From an uncultured Methanosarcinaceae archaeon (lineage in GTDB: Archaea; Halobacteriota; Methanosarcinia; Methanosarcinales; Methanosarcinaceae), in NCBI GenBank assembly GCA_963833425.1, contig CAWHXP010000005.1, forward strand, positions 32,001-96,000: a DNA stretch of 64,000 nucleotides, written 5' to 3'. The notes under the pieces were generated by a model. The model had not been told where the DNA came from. It was given only the letters and a program-made list of their open reading frames with translations, and searched no databases. The position numbers were made by a program, and so were the translations under genes. Every line of letters starts with the position of its first letter. The first letter of the stretch is position 1. Below are positions 44,771 through 57,056 of this stretch, piece by piece.

Positions 44771-45268
44771 ATGGTAACTGGAGATATTCCATTATTTTTG
44801 ACTGCAAAGACGATAAACGGAGACAAAGTCATCAATATGGCTGGAGAGCATTTGGGAAAGATTGAAGATATAATGATTGATCTAGAAAATGGTAGAGTAG
44901 CATATGCAGTACTCTCTTTTGGTGGGTTCCTGGGTCTTGGGAATAAATTTTTTGCTGTTCCCTGGGAAGCTCTTTCAGTGAGGCCACATGAGCACGCTTT
45001 CGCTCTTGACGTTAGCAAGGAAATACTGGAGAAAGCGGAAGGCTTTGATAAAGACGACTGGCCTTTAACTTGTGAGCAGCTCACCACTTCGACTCATGAG
45101 TGGCTCGCCAATATCTATACTTGCTACGGATGCAAGCCTTATTGGCAGACAGAGATTTTAGAACTGACAGAAAAAGAAAACATAGAAGAAGGAGTTAAAG
45201 TTGAGCCCGTACACCCCTCTGAAAATAGAGGAGGTAAAAAGAGAGGCCTTTTGGACACCTGCAAATAA
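44771..45268 (+). CDS. PRC-barrel domain protein
   Basis: LGKIEDIMID...AYAVLSFGGFLGLGNKFFAVPW. Confidence 0.9.
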   Translation: MVTGDIPLFLTAKTINGDKVINMAGEHLGKIEDIMIDLENGRVAYAVLSFGGFLGLGNKFFAVPWEALSVRPHEHAFALDVSKEILEKAEGFDKDDWPLTCEQLTTSTHEWLANIYTCYGCKPYWQTEILELTEKENIEEGVKVEPVHPSENRGGKKRGLLDTCK

Positions 45269-45961
45269 GGAGGCTAAGGTATTAGAGGCTGGTTATTGAT
45301 TAAATTTGATAAAACGAGCTCATGATCCTTTTTTGGGATAATGTTTAGAGATTCTTATGTTTGCTATTTTCAGTAACAAGCAGCCACGGCTCATCAATAT
45401 TCCAACAACAAAATTGTAAGAAACCGACATTGTAGAAAACCAATCTAAATCAGTTTCATGAGGCTGAAAATAAATATGTAAAAATGTATCAGATCATTCA
45501 ATTCAGATTAATGGCTAGTCTTAGTTTCAAAAGATTTATGCACAGTCAAAAAAACAAGATATAACTTTGAATATTAAGAAGAAAACAGAAGCATAAGGGT
45601 ATTTTACACATTGCAATATCAACAATTGCATCAAATTCGAGAGAATAGAATTTGAAAATATATATAGGATTATACGCGGTTGAACTGAGAAATAGATAAG
45701 CTTCTAAACCTCTCACTGTCTCAAAAGTGAATTCGAACACAAAATCTATTGACTTTGATTTGATACTTCAAGTATGTAACTGCTAATACCGTCACTTAAT
45801 AAAATTCATTGGTCAAATTACCTTGACTATGTCACAGTATGAGGTAAAAATGTCATCATTAGATCTCATATGCCAAATATATTATTCATAGTAAAATTTA
45901 TGATCATAAATGGAGTAACTTCTGATATGACAAAGTCTAATTACGATATGGAGAGTAAAAT

Positions 45962-46120
45962 ATGGCGGATTTGATAGGACTTGCGGTTATATTTTTAGTA
46001 TTAGCACTGATTGCATTTATATTGGGCGCACGAGGAATTGCTGGTTTCTCTATGGAGATTGCGAAGTGGCTTATCATAATTTTTATTGTACTTGCAATTC
46101 TCACGTTTTTCTTCAGATGA
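45962..46120 (+). CDS. DUF1328 small membrane protein (52 aa, not in the ORF track)
   Basis: [48 protein letters not shown]. Confidence 0.85.
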   Translation: MADLIGLAVIFLVLALIAFILGARGIAGFSMEIAKWLIIIFIVLAILTFFFR

Positions 46121-46264
46121 CAGAAACCTCTAATAAAGTATAAGATATTAATCTAGGACTAACGCAGTTGAAGAGGGCATTTTAATATTTGACCTTTGGA
46201 TAAGGGATTTATATCTAAGATATTATAAAACAATTTTTCAAATTTCCCTTAATTAAATTAGGAG

Positions 46265-46642
46265 TTGAGTTGTATGGGAATAGTTGAAGAAACACAAGTT
46301 GCGAAGAACATGAGTTTCGTGCCGGCAACTGAAATAAAAGGATCTAGGGTTGTCAACGTCAAAGAGGAAAACCTTGGAAAGATTGAAGAAGTGATGATTG
46401 ACCCTGAAAATGGAAGAATAGCATACGTTGTACTTTCTTTTGGCGGCTTGCTAGGGATGGGTAACAAATTATTTGCTATCCCGTGGGACTCTTTTGAGTA
46501 TAATCGCGGTGATTATATTCTGAGGTTGGACAAATCTATCCTAGAAAAAGCAGAAGGTTTCGACGAAGAAGCATGGGCGCTGACTCGTGATGAGTTATTA
46601 TCTGTATATAAGCGCTGTGGGATTCAACCCTATTGGAAGTAA
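46265..46642 (+). CDS. PRC-barrel domain protein
   Basis: Paralog of 44771-45268. Confidence 0.9.
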   Translation: MSCMGIVEETQVAKNMSFVPATEIKGSRVVNVKEENLGKIEEVMIDPENGRIAYVVLSFGGLLGMGNKLFAIPWDSFEYNRGDYILRLDKSILEKAEGFDEEAWALTRDELLSVYKRCGIQPYWK

Positions 46643-46854
46643 GCAAACCATTTTCGGCTGATTGCATGGAAATTGCTGTTCCCGATCCGATTTTCTCACC
46701 AGAGAAATACAGGAAAAGACGTAAGGTTCTCGGAAATTTCACTATTTTTGAGAACATCCCCTCTTCCATTGATGAATTTATTCACGGATTACGGGTCTAG
46801 GAAGGCAGAAAATGCAGGTTCGAGTCTTGCAAGAGACAAATAAGAGTGAAAATT

Positions 46855-47013
46855 ATGGCAGAAACAGTAGCAATTTGGGAACCGACCGAATATAGGAGTG
46901 TATGTCCACATTGCAGTGCAACAAACTTGAGTAAAATACCAGCTATACGTTATGTTTGTACTGATTGCAACAAAGAATATATGGCTACAGTAGCTCACAC
47001 AGAAGAAGATTAA
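46855..47013 (+). CDS. Small zinc-ribbon protein (52 aa, not in the ORF track)
   Basis: MAETV...CPHC...CTDC...EED*. Confidence 0.6.
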   Translation: MAETVAIWEPTEYRSVCPHCSATNLSKIPAIRYVCTDCNKEYMATVAHTEED

Positions 47014-47661
47014 CTTATGCTATCTATCAAAGAGCAAGTCAATTCCAAAACGAAAAATGAAATTCTTCGAATAAAAGGCACCAACAAATGAAAGTACTTT
47101 TTACCTTACTTTTTTTGACTATTGATTTCATTACTACCTTTGGAGTAAAGTTGTACTAGATTTGGTTTTTCAGAACCGTCCCAAAACTAATCAGCGAATT
47201 ACCATCAAGGTTTAAATGTGACTTTAATCAGATATGCCAAATTATCTTTGGAATAATTCCACTGCCTAAATTGATTAAATGATCTGAATGGATCTTTAAG
47301 ATAATTCCACTAGCAAAATTTTTGTTTAGAAGTATATCCAAGCTTCAATAGTTAACGATCTCAGCCCATTTTTTAAAAGTATGAATAGTAATGAAATCTA
47401 GATTATATCCAGGTTTACATCACGCATATTTTGGGGAATTTTTGTGGAAATCAGTGCAATACATCATGATTTCTGAAAGATACAAATCTCTCGGAACTTT
47501 TCTCCCTTAAAGTAAAAATTCTTGAAAAAGTAGGTTACTACCAATCTATGGTCTGATGAGAATTATTCTGTAGCTCGAAACCGAAAGTCTTCAAAGCTTG
47601 CTCTGCAAAGTGTAGAGAGCAGTTCCATCCACTATTTTTCCAGCAACACAATTGACTCTAT

Positions 47662-47781
47662 TAGGACTTACTTATTTTAAAGGACAAAACTAACTACAAT
47701 AGAACATTGTTGTCAAATTCACCATTTAAACAGTTGGAGGTTTAATGTTACTTATTTTGTATCTCAAGTGTGCAAGTCCTA
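47662..47781. mobile_element. About 120-bp MITE with TAGGACTT...AAGTCCTA ends
   Basis: Terminal inverted repeat; solo ends of the same type at about 14805, 44720-44735 and 46155. Confidence 0.6.
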
Positions 47782-49343
47782 TCTATATCTTGTATTTGGC
47801 ACTTCGCCGTTTCGTGTGGGATTGGAAACAATTTTTTAGTTGAAAAGTAACTACACAATAAATAGGCATCGAGAATGGATATAATTTCCATAAATAACTG
47901 TTTGCAAATATAACATATACTTGTTGCATTTAGGAAGTAATTTTAAATAACTAACTCGAAATAACAAAGAGCCTTGTATTTTTTAATCCCTACTCTAAAT
48001 CACTTTTGCTGACATGATTAAGTTAGGTGTTTTATGAGATGATTAGTTTCTTCTTTTGGCTAACACTATCCTACAGAGATTTCTGATAAACTTGATATAC
48101 TATTTTGCCAAAAAAATCTGCTAGACATCGTTCATGTTAAACATTTCAGATTCTAGAGTAGTATAAGTTTTATTTTTTAGATATGTTCTTTTTTGTAATT
48201 TTATGGCGAAGCCAGCTTAAGAACTAAATTGTCTATGATCTTTTGGAGAACTTTTAATAGCTGAATCATATTATTCAGAAAATTTCGATGAACCTCCAAT
48301 TTCAACAAATTGTTTACATACGCCTTATAAACAACCAGCAAAAAATTGAATTTATCTAGATCCTCATCAGTGCAATTTGTGCAATGATTTTTTTAATCTA
48401 CTTTATCTGTCTTTTCAGAAATAAATTCTTCAGATCTCATGAATTTTCAACTATAAACATAGATGCTGTATTAAATGAATCATAAATAAAAATCCAAATC
48501 ACTTTTTGATTCACATGCAAAAAAATCACATTTTTTTGATATAACCCAACTTTTAAGAGCTAAAATTCCATCATCATATATAGCGAAACTTTGCTGTTGT
48601 TTCTCAACGGAAACTAGAAACTAGTGTTAAACACTTTTATAAATGTTTGAACCACAAGACTTTTTACTATTTCGATCAATCCAAATCACTAATTCATTGG
48701 GCAGTGAAATCATCTAAAAGACTAATATTAACATCCGTGATCAAAGTTACATATGAGCCTCTGATAGCAATTAATTGATTATTTTATAAAGTTTTTTTAA
48801 AAACCAAAATTCGGACGAACTCCTGGCCGAAATAAAAATGGGTTCAATGTTTACAGGAGAGTAAGGTAAAGAATAATTCATTCATTCAAGCTTATTATTG
48901 AAGAAATTCATGTTAATTCTCAGGAGAGATCTATTCTCATTCTATCCCCAGTTTCTGGGGAAGAGAAAATCATGCAACGATTTGTTTTTTTGAACATAAG
49001 TTGCTGTTTCAATTTTTTTTAATAATAACGCTAGCTTGAGGCTACCCGAGTTTGCTAAGTTTTGTTGATGATTTATTTCCTTCATTCTCTTGTTTAAGTT
49101 TATTTATAGATCCTGAATACTGGTTCCTTTTGAAACGTTGCCTGTTATTTGGGACATGTTTGATTTTTCCATTGGCTAGCGTAACCACTCATTGTTGAAA
49201 GAGCAGAAATAAATAAATTGAGAGTAATAACAGTTAATAGAAGATAAATTTCTCATTGAAAATTCGCATTTATATCTTGTATTATATTATTGTGAAAATC
49301 ACTTTCTTTATTTATCAATGAAGATTCCAAAGATATAGATATT

Positions 49344-50859
49344 TCATTCTTTCAGCCTAAGGTTTTTCTTTCTTATACAGCATCCTAATCCGCACAGAAA
49401 AGTTGTGACACTATTTTCGACAAAATCCGCATCAAAATCCCCAAAAATAGTTATCCTGTAAGATACAGCTAGCCTTTCGATCCAGTTATTCCCGATGTAG
49501 TTTTCTACCAAATTAGATCCCCGATAGATATCACTAATTTCACAAGCTGCAAGATTTTTGTTTGTACTTACAGCTTCAAGGATTATTTCAGGGTCAGCAC
49601 CAATGGGAATAAGAACTGAGATATCCCTAATCGAATGCTTAAGATTTTCTTTTCTCCATTGTCTTAGTTCAGATTCTGAAAGGAGTCGAAGGTTTTCAAG
49701 CTTAAGTTGTATGAATCTATTTTTTATTTGAGGAGCAGTGCCTTTTGAGGTTAGCTTTTTGAGAACCACCTCATTCTGGCTAAATTTTTCAAGAGTACCT
49801 ACATGAATATTTCCGGAATAAAAAGTGAGAAAAGCCACAGACTTTCCCGACGGAGTTTAGTATAGTTTCATATTCAACTATTTTGGAATTGATCAACTTA
49901 TCCGACTTGCTAAGGGCTTGAGCTGTATCTCCGTACTTTCGAGCAGCAGCCTTCATTTTTCTTGCAAATCCCTCTTCATCGTGAGCCCTTACCAGGCTAG
50001 AGATCTCTTCACACTCTTTGATGAAAGTCTTATGGACTTCCAGGACTCCGGGATTTTCCATCTGGATGAGAGCATAAAGGTAGGGATTCTGACCAAGAAT
50101 TCGGCCTACGAAATCCAGCATTATGTCATAAACCGGGCTTACGAATTTCCGGGATTTTTTTACATCAAAGTCCAACCTGTCAATTGTCGTCCCTATGCTG
50201 ATATAAGCAAAATGAGTGAGTCCCTGAACAACTGAAACAAGCATGTCGTGTTCAACAGCGGTGGTGATTTCAACATTTGCTCCGCTTTCTTCAAAAAGTT
50301 CCCTTATTACTGGGAACCATTTCTCCGAGCGTCCCTTAACGGGAACAAGAATTATAGTCTGCCCTCTGATAGTCTGAATAGTTGGACCGAACATTGGGTG
50401 TGTTCCCAGAATTTCTACATCCTGAGGGACAAATTTTCTCATGGCTTCTACTGGCTTTACTTTAACAGAAGTAAAATCCATAAGAAGGCTCCCAGCCTTC
50501 ATTTTTGGAGCAATTTCTGCAATCGTATCTTCAGTTACGTTGATAGGCACAGAGACTATTAAGATATCACTTTCAGAAATCGTTGATTCAAGATCCGAGG
50601 CAAACGGAACTTCCAATTTTCTGGCAATTTCAATTTTGCCGCTTTTTCCCCAAACTGTAACTTCATAATCTTTTTCTTTGAAAAAATTGGTGAACCACTG
50701 TCCCATCTCTCCGGTTCCACCGAGAATCAACACTTTAGTTTTTCCGGAATTCTCTCTTTGTTGAGGCACTTTAGAAGCATGATTTTTTGTATGATTTTTC
50801 TGAAAATGGCACTTAGATTCGTCTATCTCCATCCATTTTGTCTCCATGTCCGCATTCAC
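49344..50859 (-). CDS. tyrA: Prephenate dehydrogenase split by a 1-bp frameshift at about 49820-49824
   Basis: GGTGEMG, HPMFGP and HD..VSVVQGLTH motifs; removing one base from the A5 run joins 49789-50859 to 49344-49838. Confidence 0.85.
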
Positions 50860-51698
50860 GCTTTTAAAGTTTCCAAAACAGCTTTTTTCATGATTTCCAC
50901 TGGAGGTTCAATTCCAGTCCAGAGCCTAAAAGCCTCAGCTCCCTGGTAAACAAGCATTAATACTCCACTTACTGTTTTTGCACCTGTAGATTTTGCTTCT
51001 TTCAAAAGCTTGGTTTCCAAGGGGTTATAAACAATATCAAAAACAGTAAGTTCAGGGTGAAGTTCTTCTGCTGTTGCAATAGAATTTTCTGTGTTAGGGT
51101 GCATTCCCAGAGTTGTGGTATTAATCAGAACATCTGCCTCCTTCAGAAGATCCTTTAATCCTAGGAGCCCAGCTCCCTTTATCTTCCCTTGGAGGTCCGC
51201 ACTTGAGATATCCTTTGCAAGTTCGATTGCTTTTTCTTCAGTTCGGTTTACTATAGTGATATCTGCTCCATCAGCTGCAAGCTGAAAAACAATAGCCCTT
51301 GATGCCCCTCCTGCCCCTGCAATCACTATTTTAGACCCCTTTATTTCTACTGCAGCATCTAAAAGCGCCTTTTTTGCACCCAAACCATCGGTATTATATC
51401 CGGTTATTTCCCCGAATTTATCGAAAACAACAGTATTTATGGCTCCTATACTCTCTGCCAATGGATCAGGCTTAATGCAATCTAGTTTCAGAGCCCATTC
51501 TTTCAAGGGCACGGTCAAGTTGAGCCCTCCAAATCCCATAGCATTTGCTCCAAGGATTGCCTTTTCCAGCTTCTCTGATTTAACATTAAATGCATGGTAG
51601 ATGCAATCCATCCCGAGAGCTGAAAAAACTGCATTATGCATCATTGGTGAAACTGAATGGCTTATAGGATCCCCAAATACGCCAAAAATTTGCTTCAT
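50856..51698 (-). CDS. aroE: Shikimate dehydrogenase
   Basis: HSVSP, NLTVPLK, GYNTDG, GAGGA and DIVYNP motifs. Confidence 0.96.
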   Translation of the reverse strand: MKQIFGVFGDPISHSVSPMMHNAVFSALGMDCIYHAFNVKSEKLEKAILGANAMGFGGLNLTVPLKEWALKLDCIKPDPLAESIGAINTVVFDKFGEITGYNTDGLGAKKALLDAAVEIKGSKIVIAGAGGASRAIVFQLAADGADITIVNRTEEKAIELAKDISSADLQGKIKGAGLLGLKDLLKEADVLINTTTLGMHPNTENSIATAEELHPELTVFDIVYNPLETKLLKEAKSTGAKTVSGVLMLVYQGAEAFRLWTGIEPPVEIMKKAVLETLKA

Positions 51699-52423
51699 TC
51701 GAGCAGCTCCATAATTTTCCTTAATTTGTCTACAGGAAGTTGTCCGAGAGGTGTTAATATTGTACTTTCAACAGACGCATAGGTCAGAACTGAACCGTAA
51801 AAAGGAGCAATTACTCTTGTATGTTTTCCGAGCTTGCCCATCGCAATAGTACATACTGCTCTTCCTGCTCCCCCAACATCCAGTGTAACTCTTAGCAGAT
51901 CCACTACATCTTTCATCGATTGCGGCATAACAGCAAGTTTAGCAATATCTGCTCCTGCTATAAATGCATCTTCAAGTGTTGCTTTCATTTCCGCAAAAGA
52001 AGGAGCTTTTGAAAAGTCATGAGAAGAAATGATTACAGTTTTCCCATTGTTTTTTGCCGTTTCTACAGCTCTATCTCTATCTTCCTCATCTATAGAGAGT
52101 TCTATGTCAACTGCATCAGGTCCGTCTCTAATGGATAAAAGATCTTCAATGAGCCCAATTCTTTCTGCTTCCTGCCCGTCCCAGTTCCCCCCTTCTATGT
52201 ATGAACGGTTTGTGATAATTATCGGAAGGTCTGTTAAGTATTTTATTTTTCTGATGGTTTCTGCTGCTATATCTAGATCCTTGATTCCTAGCAAATCCAG
52301 CCTTATTTCCAGGATATCAGCCCCTAATTCAGCTGCTTTCTTCGAAGTTTCAAGCGGTTTTTCAAGGATAACTGCAATAACTGCAGGTTTTTTCTGAAGG
52401 TCAAGGGGACCAATATGAATCAT
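51695..52423 (-). CDS. aroD: Type I 3-dehydroquinate dehydratase
   Basis: EIRLD, SSHDF, DIAKLA and IAMG..G..TR motifs. Confidence 0.95.
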   Translation of the reverse strand: MIHIGPLDLQKKPAVIAVILEKPLETSKKAAELGADILEIRLDLLGIKDLDIAAETIRKIKYLTDLPIIITNRSYIEGGNWDGQEAERIGLIEDLLSIRDGPDAVDIELSIDEEDRDRAVETAKNNGKTVIISSHDFSKAPSFAEMKATLEDAFIAGADIAKLAVMPQSMKDVVDLLRVTLDVGGAGRAVCTIAMGKLGKHTRVIAPFYGSVLTYASVESTILTPLGQLPVDKLRKIMELLE

Positions 52424-52475
52424 TACTATCTCCAGATTTCCGTTTGCAATGACGGATTATTTTTATTCTGGCAAG

Positions 52476-53627
52476 TTACTTCTCTACAATCGTTTCTTCA
52501 ATACTTTTGCCGAAATGTCTGGCTCCCTCTTCCATGCGAACCAGAACTTCATCTCCTTTCTTGAGTTTGGCAACTGAGATCGGCGTTCCATCTTTCCCTA
52601 CTAGTTTAATAGTCTCTGCATTTTGCAAGATTGCAGTAAGAGTTCTGTCCCTGGCTTTTGCTTCGATAAGCATAAGAGGACGACTTTCGATCTTGACTCT
52701 GCCCACAATGCCTTCTCGCTGTTTTCCTTTTGAATTCACAATAGTTACTGTATCTCCTGTCTGGAGCTCCGAAAGATAGTTGGTTTTTTTGCCTATCTTG
52801 ATATAGGAATGAACTGCCCCTGCATTTACTCTAAATGGACGAGCTGCAACGTAAGGACTTTCATCAGATTCAGAGTTTACGAGGAACATTCCTTTTGCTT
52901 GAGAACCTATGAGCATGCCTTCTCCTCGTTGCATGAGGTTGCACGTATCTACGCAGACTCTATCTCCCATCCCGAGAGTTTCAACTCTGCTCACAATTGC
53001 AGATTCAAGTTCGATGGTTTCATTTTCCAGATCTCTCGCAGCCTTTATTGCATCTTTTATATCCTGAGGGTTCCCACTGTCAAGAAGAACGCCATCTACT
53101 CCGGTTTCAAGAATTTGAAAGGCTAGTTTTGCTTCTTCTGCGCTCTTTACTCCATAGATTATCTTTACTTTATGATTCTGGAGTTCAGCAATCAGATTTT
53201 CAAGAGGGATAATTTTCCAATCCGTGCCTGTTACAAGTAGGTAATCGCAAATTTTCCCCATTTCAGCTGCAAAATGTTCATAAAGTTTGTCCCTTATGAC
53301 TACGTATCCACCCACTAAGCTTCCTTTGTTTATGAGAAGAGTTGCTGTATTTATATCGATAGAACCAGAAATTTCAGGGGGAAGGGATTTTGTCCCATCC
53401 CCTTCTCCCCTTTTTCCAATAATCACAATTTCAGCCCCAAATTTATTGTCATGGGCAAAGGTTGCTATTGTAATGTTTCCCAGTTCTCGGACCTTTAGTA
53501 CATCGCCAGTGTTTACAAGAACGCAGTCAGCTCCTGATTCAAGACCTGTAGTGATCCTCTCTTTCTGTTCTTCCCATCCACCTTCATCGGCTTTTATCCA
53601 GACACTTTTCTTTTTCAAAGGCTTCAA
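52476..53627 (-). CDS. aroB': 3-dehydroquinate synthase II (archaeal AroB')
   Basis: DWKIIPLEN, GDRVCVD, RPFRVNAG and LQNAET motifs. Confidence 0.95.
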   Translation of the reverse strand: MKPLKKKSVWIKADEGGWEEQKERITTGLESGADCVLVNTGDVLKVRELGNITIATFAHDNKFGAEIVIIGKRGEGDGTKSLPPEISGSIDINTATLLINKGSLVGGYVVIRDKLYEHFAAEMGKICDYLLVTGTDWKIIPLENLIAELQNHKVKIIYGVKSAEEAKLAFQILETGVDGVLLDSGNPQDIKDAIKAARDLENETIELESAIVSRVETLGMGDRVCVDTCNLMQRGEGMLIGSQAKGMFLVNSESDESPYVAARPFRVNAGAVHSYIKIGKKTNYLSELQTGDTVTIVNSKGKQREGIVGRVKIESRPLMLIEAKARDRTLTAILQNAETIKLVGKDGTPISVAKLKKGDEVLVRMEEGARHFGKSIEETIVEK

Positions 53628-53712
53628 CTCCGTAACTTCTTGTTTTCACTTAGGCCTTCACTTTTTTAGTTTTTATTTTTGGGTAATTATCTCGCGATTT
53701 AATATCTTGTGA

Positions 53713-54510
53713 TCATTTCAGCTGCTCCAGAGCTTCTTCTGCAGGTCTTCGATGGTGGACGATTTCGCAGATGGCACGGGTAAGTCTGACAGGATCTTTG
53801 TGCTGGAAAACATTTCTGCCAATTGCAGCTCCTCTAGCTCCGGCTTCCATTGCTCCATCAATCATTTCCAGAAGCTCTAGGTCAGTTGAGGTTTTAGGTC
53901 CTCCTGCAATAATTACAGGCACAGGACAGCCCCTAATCACATCTCTGAAACTATCAGGATCTCCAGTGTATACGGTTTTTACAAAATCAGCTCCGATCTC
54001 AGCTCCGATTCTTGCAGCATGTGCTACATTTACAGGATCATGTGGATTGGTGATTTTTTTACCTCTTGGGTACATCATAGCAAGAAGAGGTATACCCCAT
54101 TCAGTACAGTCTCTAGAGATTGTTCCGAACTGCTCAAGCTGATCTGCTTCTGTTTCGGATCCGACATTAATATGCAGAGAAACAGCATCTGCTCCGATTT
54201 TAATTACCTCCTCAACTGTGCAAACCTGAACCTTGGCATTTGGGTCAGGACTTAGGATGGAAGAAGCACTGATATGCACGATGAGCCCTATATCGTGGCC
54301 ATATCCTCTATGCCCATATTTTACCATTCCTTTCTGCATGAGGACGGCGTTTGCACCTCCTTCGGCTACCTTATTAACTGTATCAGTTACATTGATCAGT
54401 CCCTCAATAGGTCCATCTGATATTCCATGGTCCATGGGAATAATGACAATGTTTCTGCTCTCCCGGTTCATCAGTCTTTCTATCCGTATTTTCTTACCAA
54501 TATCTGACAT
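53713..54510 (-). CDS. aroA': 2-amino-3,7-dideoxy-D-threo-hept-6-ulosonate synthase (AroA')
   Basis: PMDHG, MMYPRG and GADFVKT class I aldolase motifs; first gene of the aro operon. Confidence 0.93.
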   Translation of the reverse strand: MSDIGKKIRIERLMNRESRNIVIIPMDHGISDGPIEGLINVTDTVNKVAEGGANAVLMQKGMVKYGHRGYGHDIGLIVHISASSILSPDPNAKVQVCTVEEVIKIGADAVSLHINVGSETEADQLEQFGTISRDCTEWGIPLLAMMYPRGKKITNPHDPVNVAHAARIGAEIGADFVKTVYTGDPDSFRDVIRGCPVPVIIAGGPKTSTDLELLEMIDGAMEAGARGAAIGRNVFQHKDPVRLTRAICEIVHHRRPAEEALEQLK

Positions 54511-55046
54511 CGTAATACACCTAAATTATGGATTGACACATTTCATCCTTAAATTTTGTTTATCTATTTACTTTGTCTATCGTTATCATCAACTAGGGCA
54601 TTTGCTAGCATGTAGCATACTAGCACGCTACATCTATTTAAATATATCTTGTAAAATTGTAAAATTATTTACACTTTCCAATCAAAAGAAATATTCTTGA
54701 TATTTTATAGGTTAATTTGTAGCGATTATCACCACAGAGGAATTATATTTTAGAGAGAATTTTTAGAAACTTCAAAATTTGGATGAGTTTTCACATGGAA
54801 CATATATATAAATCCTTTAACACAGAAGTTTATCAGAATTCATCCCACTTAATAGACAAATATTCTAAAATATAAATATAGATTAAAAGTAATAAACTCT
54901 AAAATTCAAAGCCTTTTTCCTACTAAAAGAGTTACAGATCATGAACTTGAACAGATACGAGAATTAAAATAGGATTAGATTGGCTAATTGAATAAATTCA
55001 GAGCTTCATAACAATATCATCATACTAAAAAGAAAAGGAAGGAATT

Positions 55047-55616
55047 ATGAGAAAAATAAAAATTCTTGTTGTCAATAACTATGGACAATTCTGCCACCTT
55101 ATTTACCGGGCTGCCCGAGATCTTGATATGGATCCGAAGATCATTTCAAATACAATGACTATCGAGGATATTATTGCAGAAGAGCCCGATGGACTGATCC
55201 TAAGCGGAGGGCCAGAAATTGATCGGACAGGTTTATGTAGTGATTATGTCCGGGAAATTGATCTCCCTATTCTTGGAATCTGCCTTGGCCATCAGATAAT
55301 TGCTTTGGCTCATGGAGGACATGTCCATGCCGGGAAAAAAGGTGGGTATGCAGAGGTTGATATAGAAGTGATCGAAGAAGATGATATCCTTCGGGGACTT
55401 GGCCCAAAAATAACTGTATGGGCTTCGCACGCAGACGAGGTTGCTATTATCCCTGAAGGTTTTATCCACCTTGCCCGCTCAGATATCTGTGAAATCGAAG
55501 CCATGCGTCATTCTACAAAGCCAATTTATGGTATACAGTGGCATCCTGAGGTTTCCCATACAAATCAAGGAGAAGAAATGTTCATGAATTTTTTTGAAAT
55601 TTGTGATCAGTACTGA
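55047..55616 (+). CDS. guaAA: GMP synthase subunit A (glutamine amidotransferase)
   Basis: LSGGP, GICLGHQ and QWHPEV motifs. Confidence 0.93.
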   Translation: MRKIKILVVNNYGQFCHLIYRAARDLDMDPKIISNTMTIEDIIAEEPDGLILSGGPEIDRTGLCSDYVREIDLPILGICLGHQIIALAHGGHVHAGKKGGYAEVDIEVIEEDDILRGLGPKITVWASHADEVAIIPEGFIHLARSDICEIEAMRHSTKPIYGIQWHPEVSHTNQGEEMFMNFFEICDQY

Positions 55617-55733
55617 GATCTCAAGGGTTCTATACGACTTTATTGATCAAATATTTGGATTGTAACAAGTAAAATTAAGTTTGCAGATGAGCAGATAAGC
55701 TATAACAATACGGACAAAAAAAGTCAGGGACGA

Positions 55734-57056
55734 TTACATCCCTAGTTTTTTTTTCATCATCTTCTGAATATTGAATTTCCCACCTTTGAAACCTTTTAGA
55801 GCCATCTGCATGGTCTTATGATATTTCAGTAACTCCCTTACATCTTCAGGACTGCAGCCAGAACCCCTTGAAATTCTTTTGATCCGTGAACCCCCTATGA
55901 TCTTTGGATCCTTCATTTCATCTTCTGTCATTGAATCCATGATTATCTTATAACTTTTCATTTTATCACTTGTAGCCTGGAACATTTCGTCTGAAAGCTT
56001 CACACCCCCTAAGCCCATTGGTAGCATGGACATAATTTGCTTGAGAGGTCCAATTTTGTTCATTGCTTCAAGTTGTTTGTACATATCCTTTAGAGTGAAG
56101 CGCCCCTGCATCATACCTTCAACATTCATATCTTCTTCACTCAATGTTTCCTCAGCTTTTTCCATCAGACTTTTGAGGTCGCCCATGCCAAGAAGTCGTG
56201 AAATAAACCGATCAGATTCAAATTTTTCAAGATCTTCAGCTGTTTCCCCAACACCTATGAAGGCTATAGGAGATTTTGTTTCGGAAACAGCTGACAGTGC
56301 CCCACCTCCTTTTGCTGTACCATCAAGTTTCGTTATTATTACGCCTGTAATCCCTATTGAAACATTAAAAGCATGAGCTTGCTGGCTTGCCTGCTGTCCT
56401 ATACCTGCGTCCAGAACCATGAATTTGTGATTTGGCTTTGCAACCTCATTGATCCTCTCCATTTCCTCTATCAGTTCGGCTTCAAGAGCATGCCTACCTG
56501 CAGTGTCCACAATTTTTATGTCGTATTTCTCAATGGCTTTCAGACCGTTTCTTGTAATTTTCACAGCATCAGGGTTTCCTTCTTCTCCGTAGAAAGCGAC
56601 ATTGAGATTTTCACAGAGAGTTTTAAGTTGATGGTAGGCTCCGGGGCGGAAAGTATCTGCGGCAATGACACCTGCTTTAAGTCCTTTTCGCTGGAAGTAA
56701 CGTGCGAGCTTTGCAGTACTTGTGGTTTTTCCACTTCCCTGCAACCCCACCATCATTATTGTCTGGGGCTTGAGCTGAATATCCGCTCCCTTCCCGATTA
56801 TTTCCATCAGTTCTTGGTAAACGATTCTGACTACGTGCTCTCTAGGATTTATTCCCGCAGAAGGATCTTCTTTCATAGCACGCTCTTTAATTTTCTTGGA
56901 CATGTCCATAACAAGTTTTACGTTTACATCCGCCTGAAGCAGAGCCCTTTGGATGTCCTTTATTACTTCGTTGACCGTGCGCTCATCAATTCTCCCCGCT
57001 CCAATCAGTTTCTTTAGAGCCCCTTGTAAGGAGTCTCCTAGTTTTTCCAGTACCAT
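55734..57056 (-). CDS. srp54: Signal recognition particle protein Srp54
   Basis: [20 protein letters not shown] and Met-rich M domain. Confidence 0.97.
   Translation of the reverse strand: MVLEKLGDSLQGALKKLIGAGRIDERTVNEVIKDIQRALLQADVNVKLVMDMSKKIKERAMKEDPSAGINPREHVVRIVYQELMEIIGKGADIQLKPQTIMMVGLQGSGKTTSTAKLARYFQRKGLKAGVIAADTFRPGAYHQLKTLCENLNVAFYGEEGNPDAVKITRNGLKAIEKYDIKIVDTAGRHALEAELIEEMERINEVAKPNHKFMVLDAGIGQQASQQAHAFNVSIGITGVIITKLDGTAKGGGALSAVSETKSPIAFIGVGETAEDLEKFESDRFISRLLGMGDLKSLMEKAEETLSEEDMNVEGMMQGRFTLKDMYKQLEAMNKIGPLKQIMSMLPMGLGGVKLSDEMFQATSDKMKSYKIIMDSMTEDEMKDPKIIGGSRIKRISRGSGCSPEDVRELLKYHKTMQMALKGFKGGKFNIQKMMKKKLGM

Noticed and set aside
46758..46838. Functional tRNA gene
   Set aside because: Only the T-arm folds convincingly.
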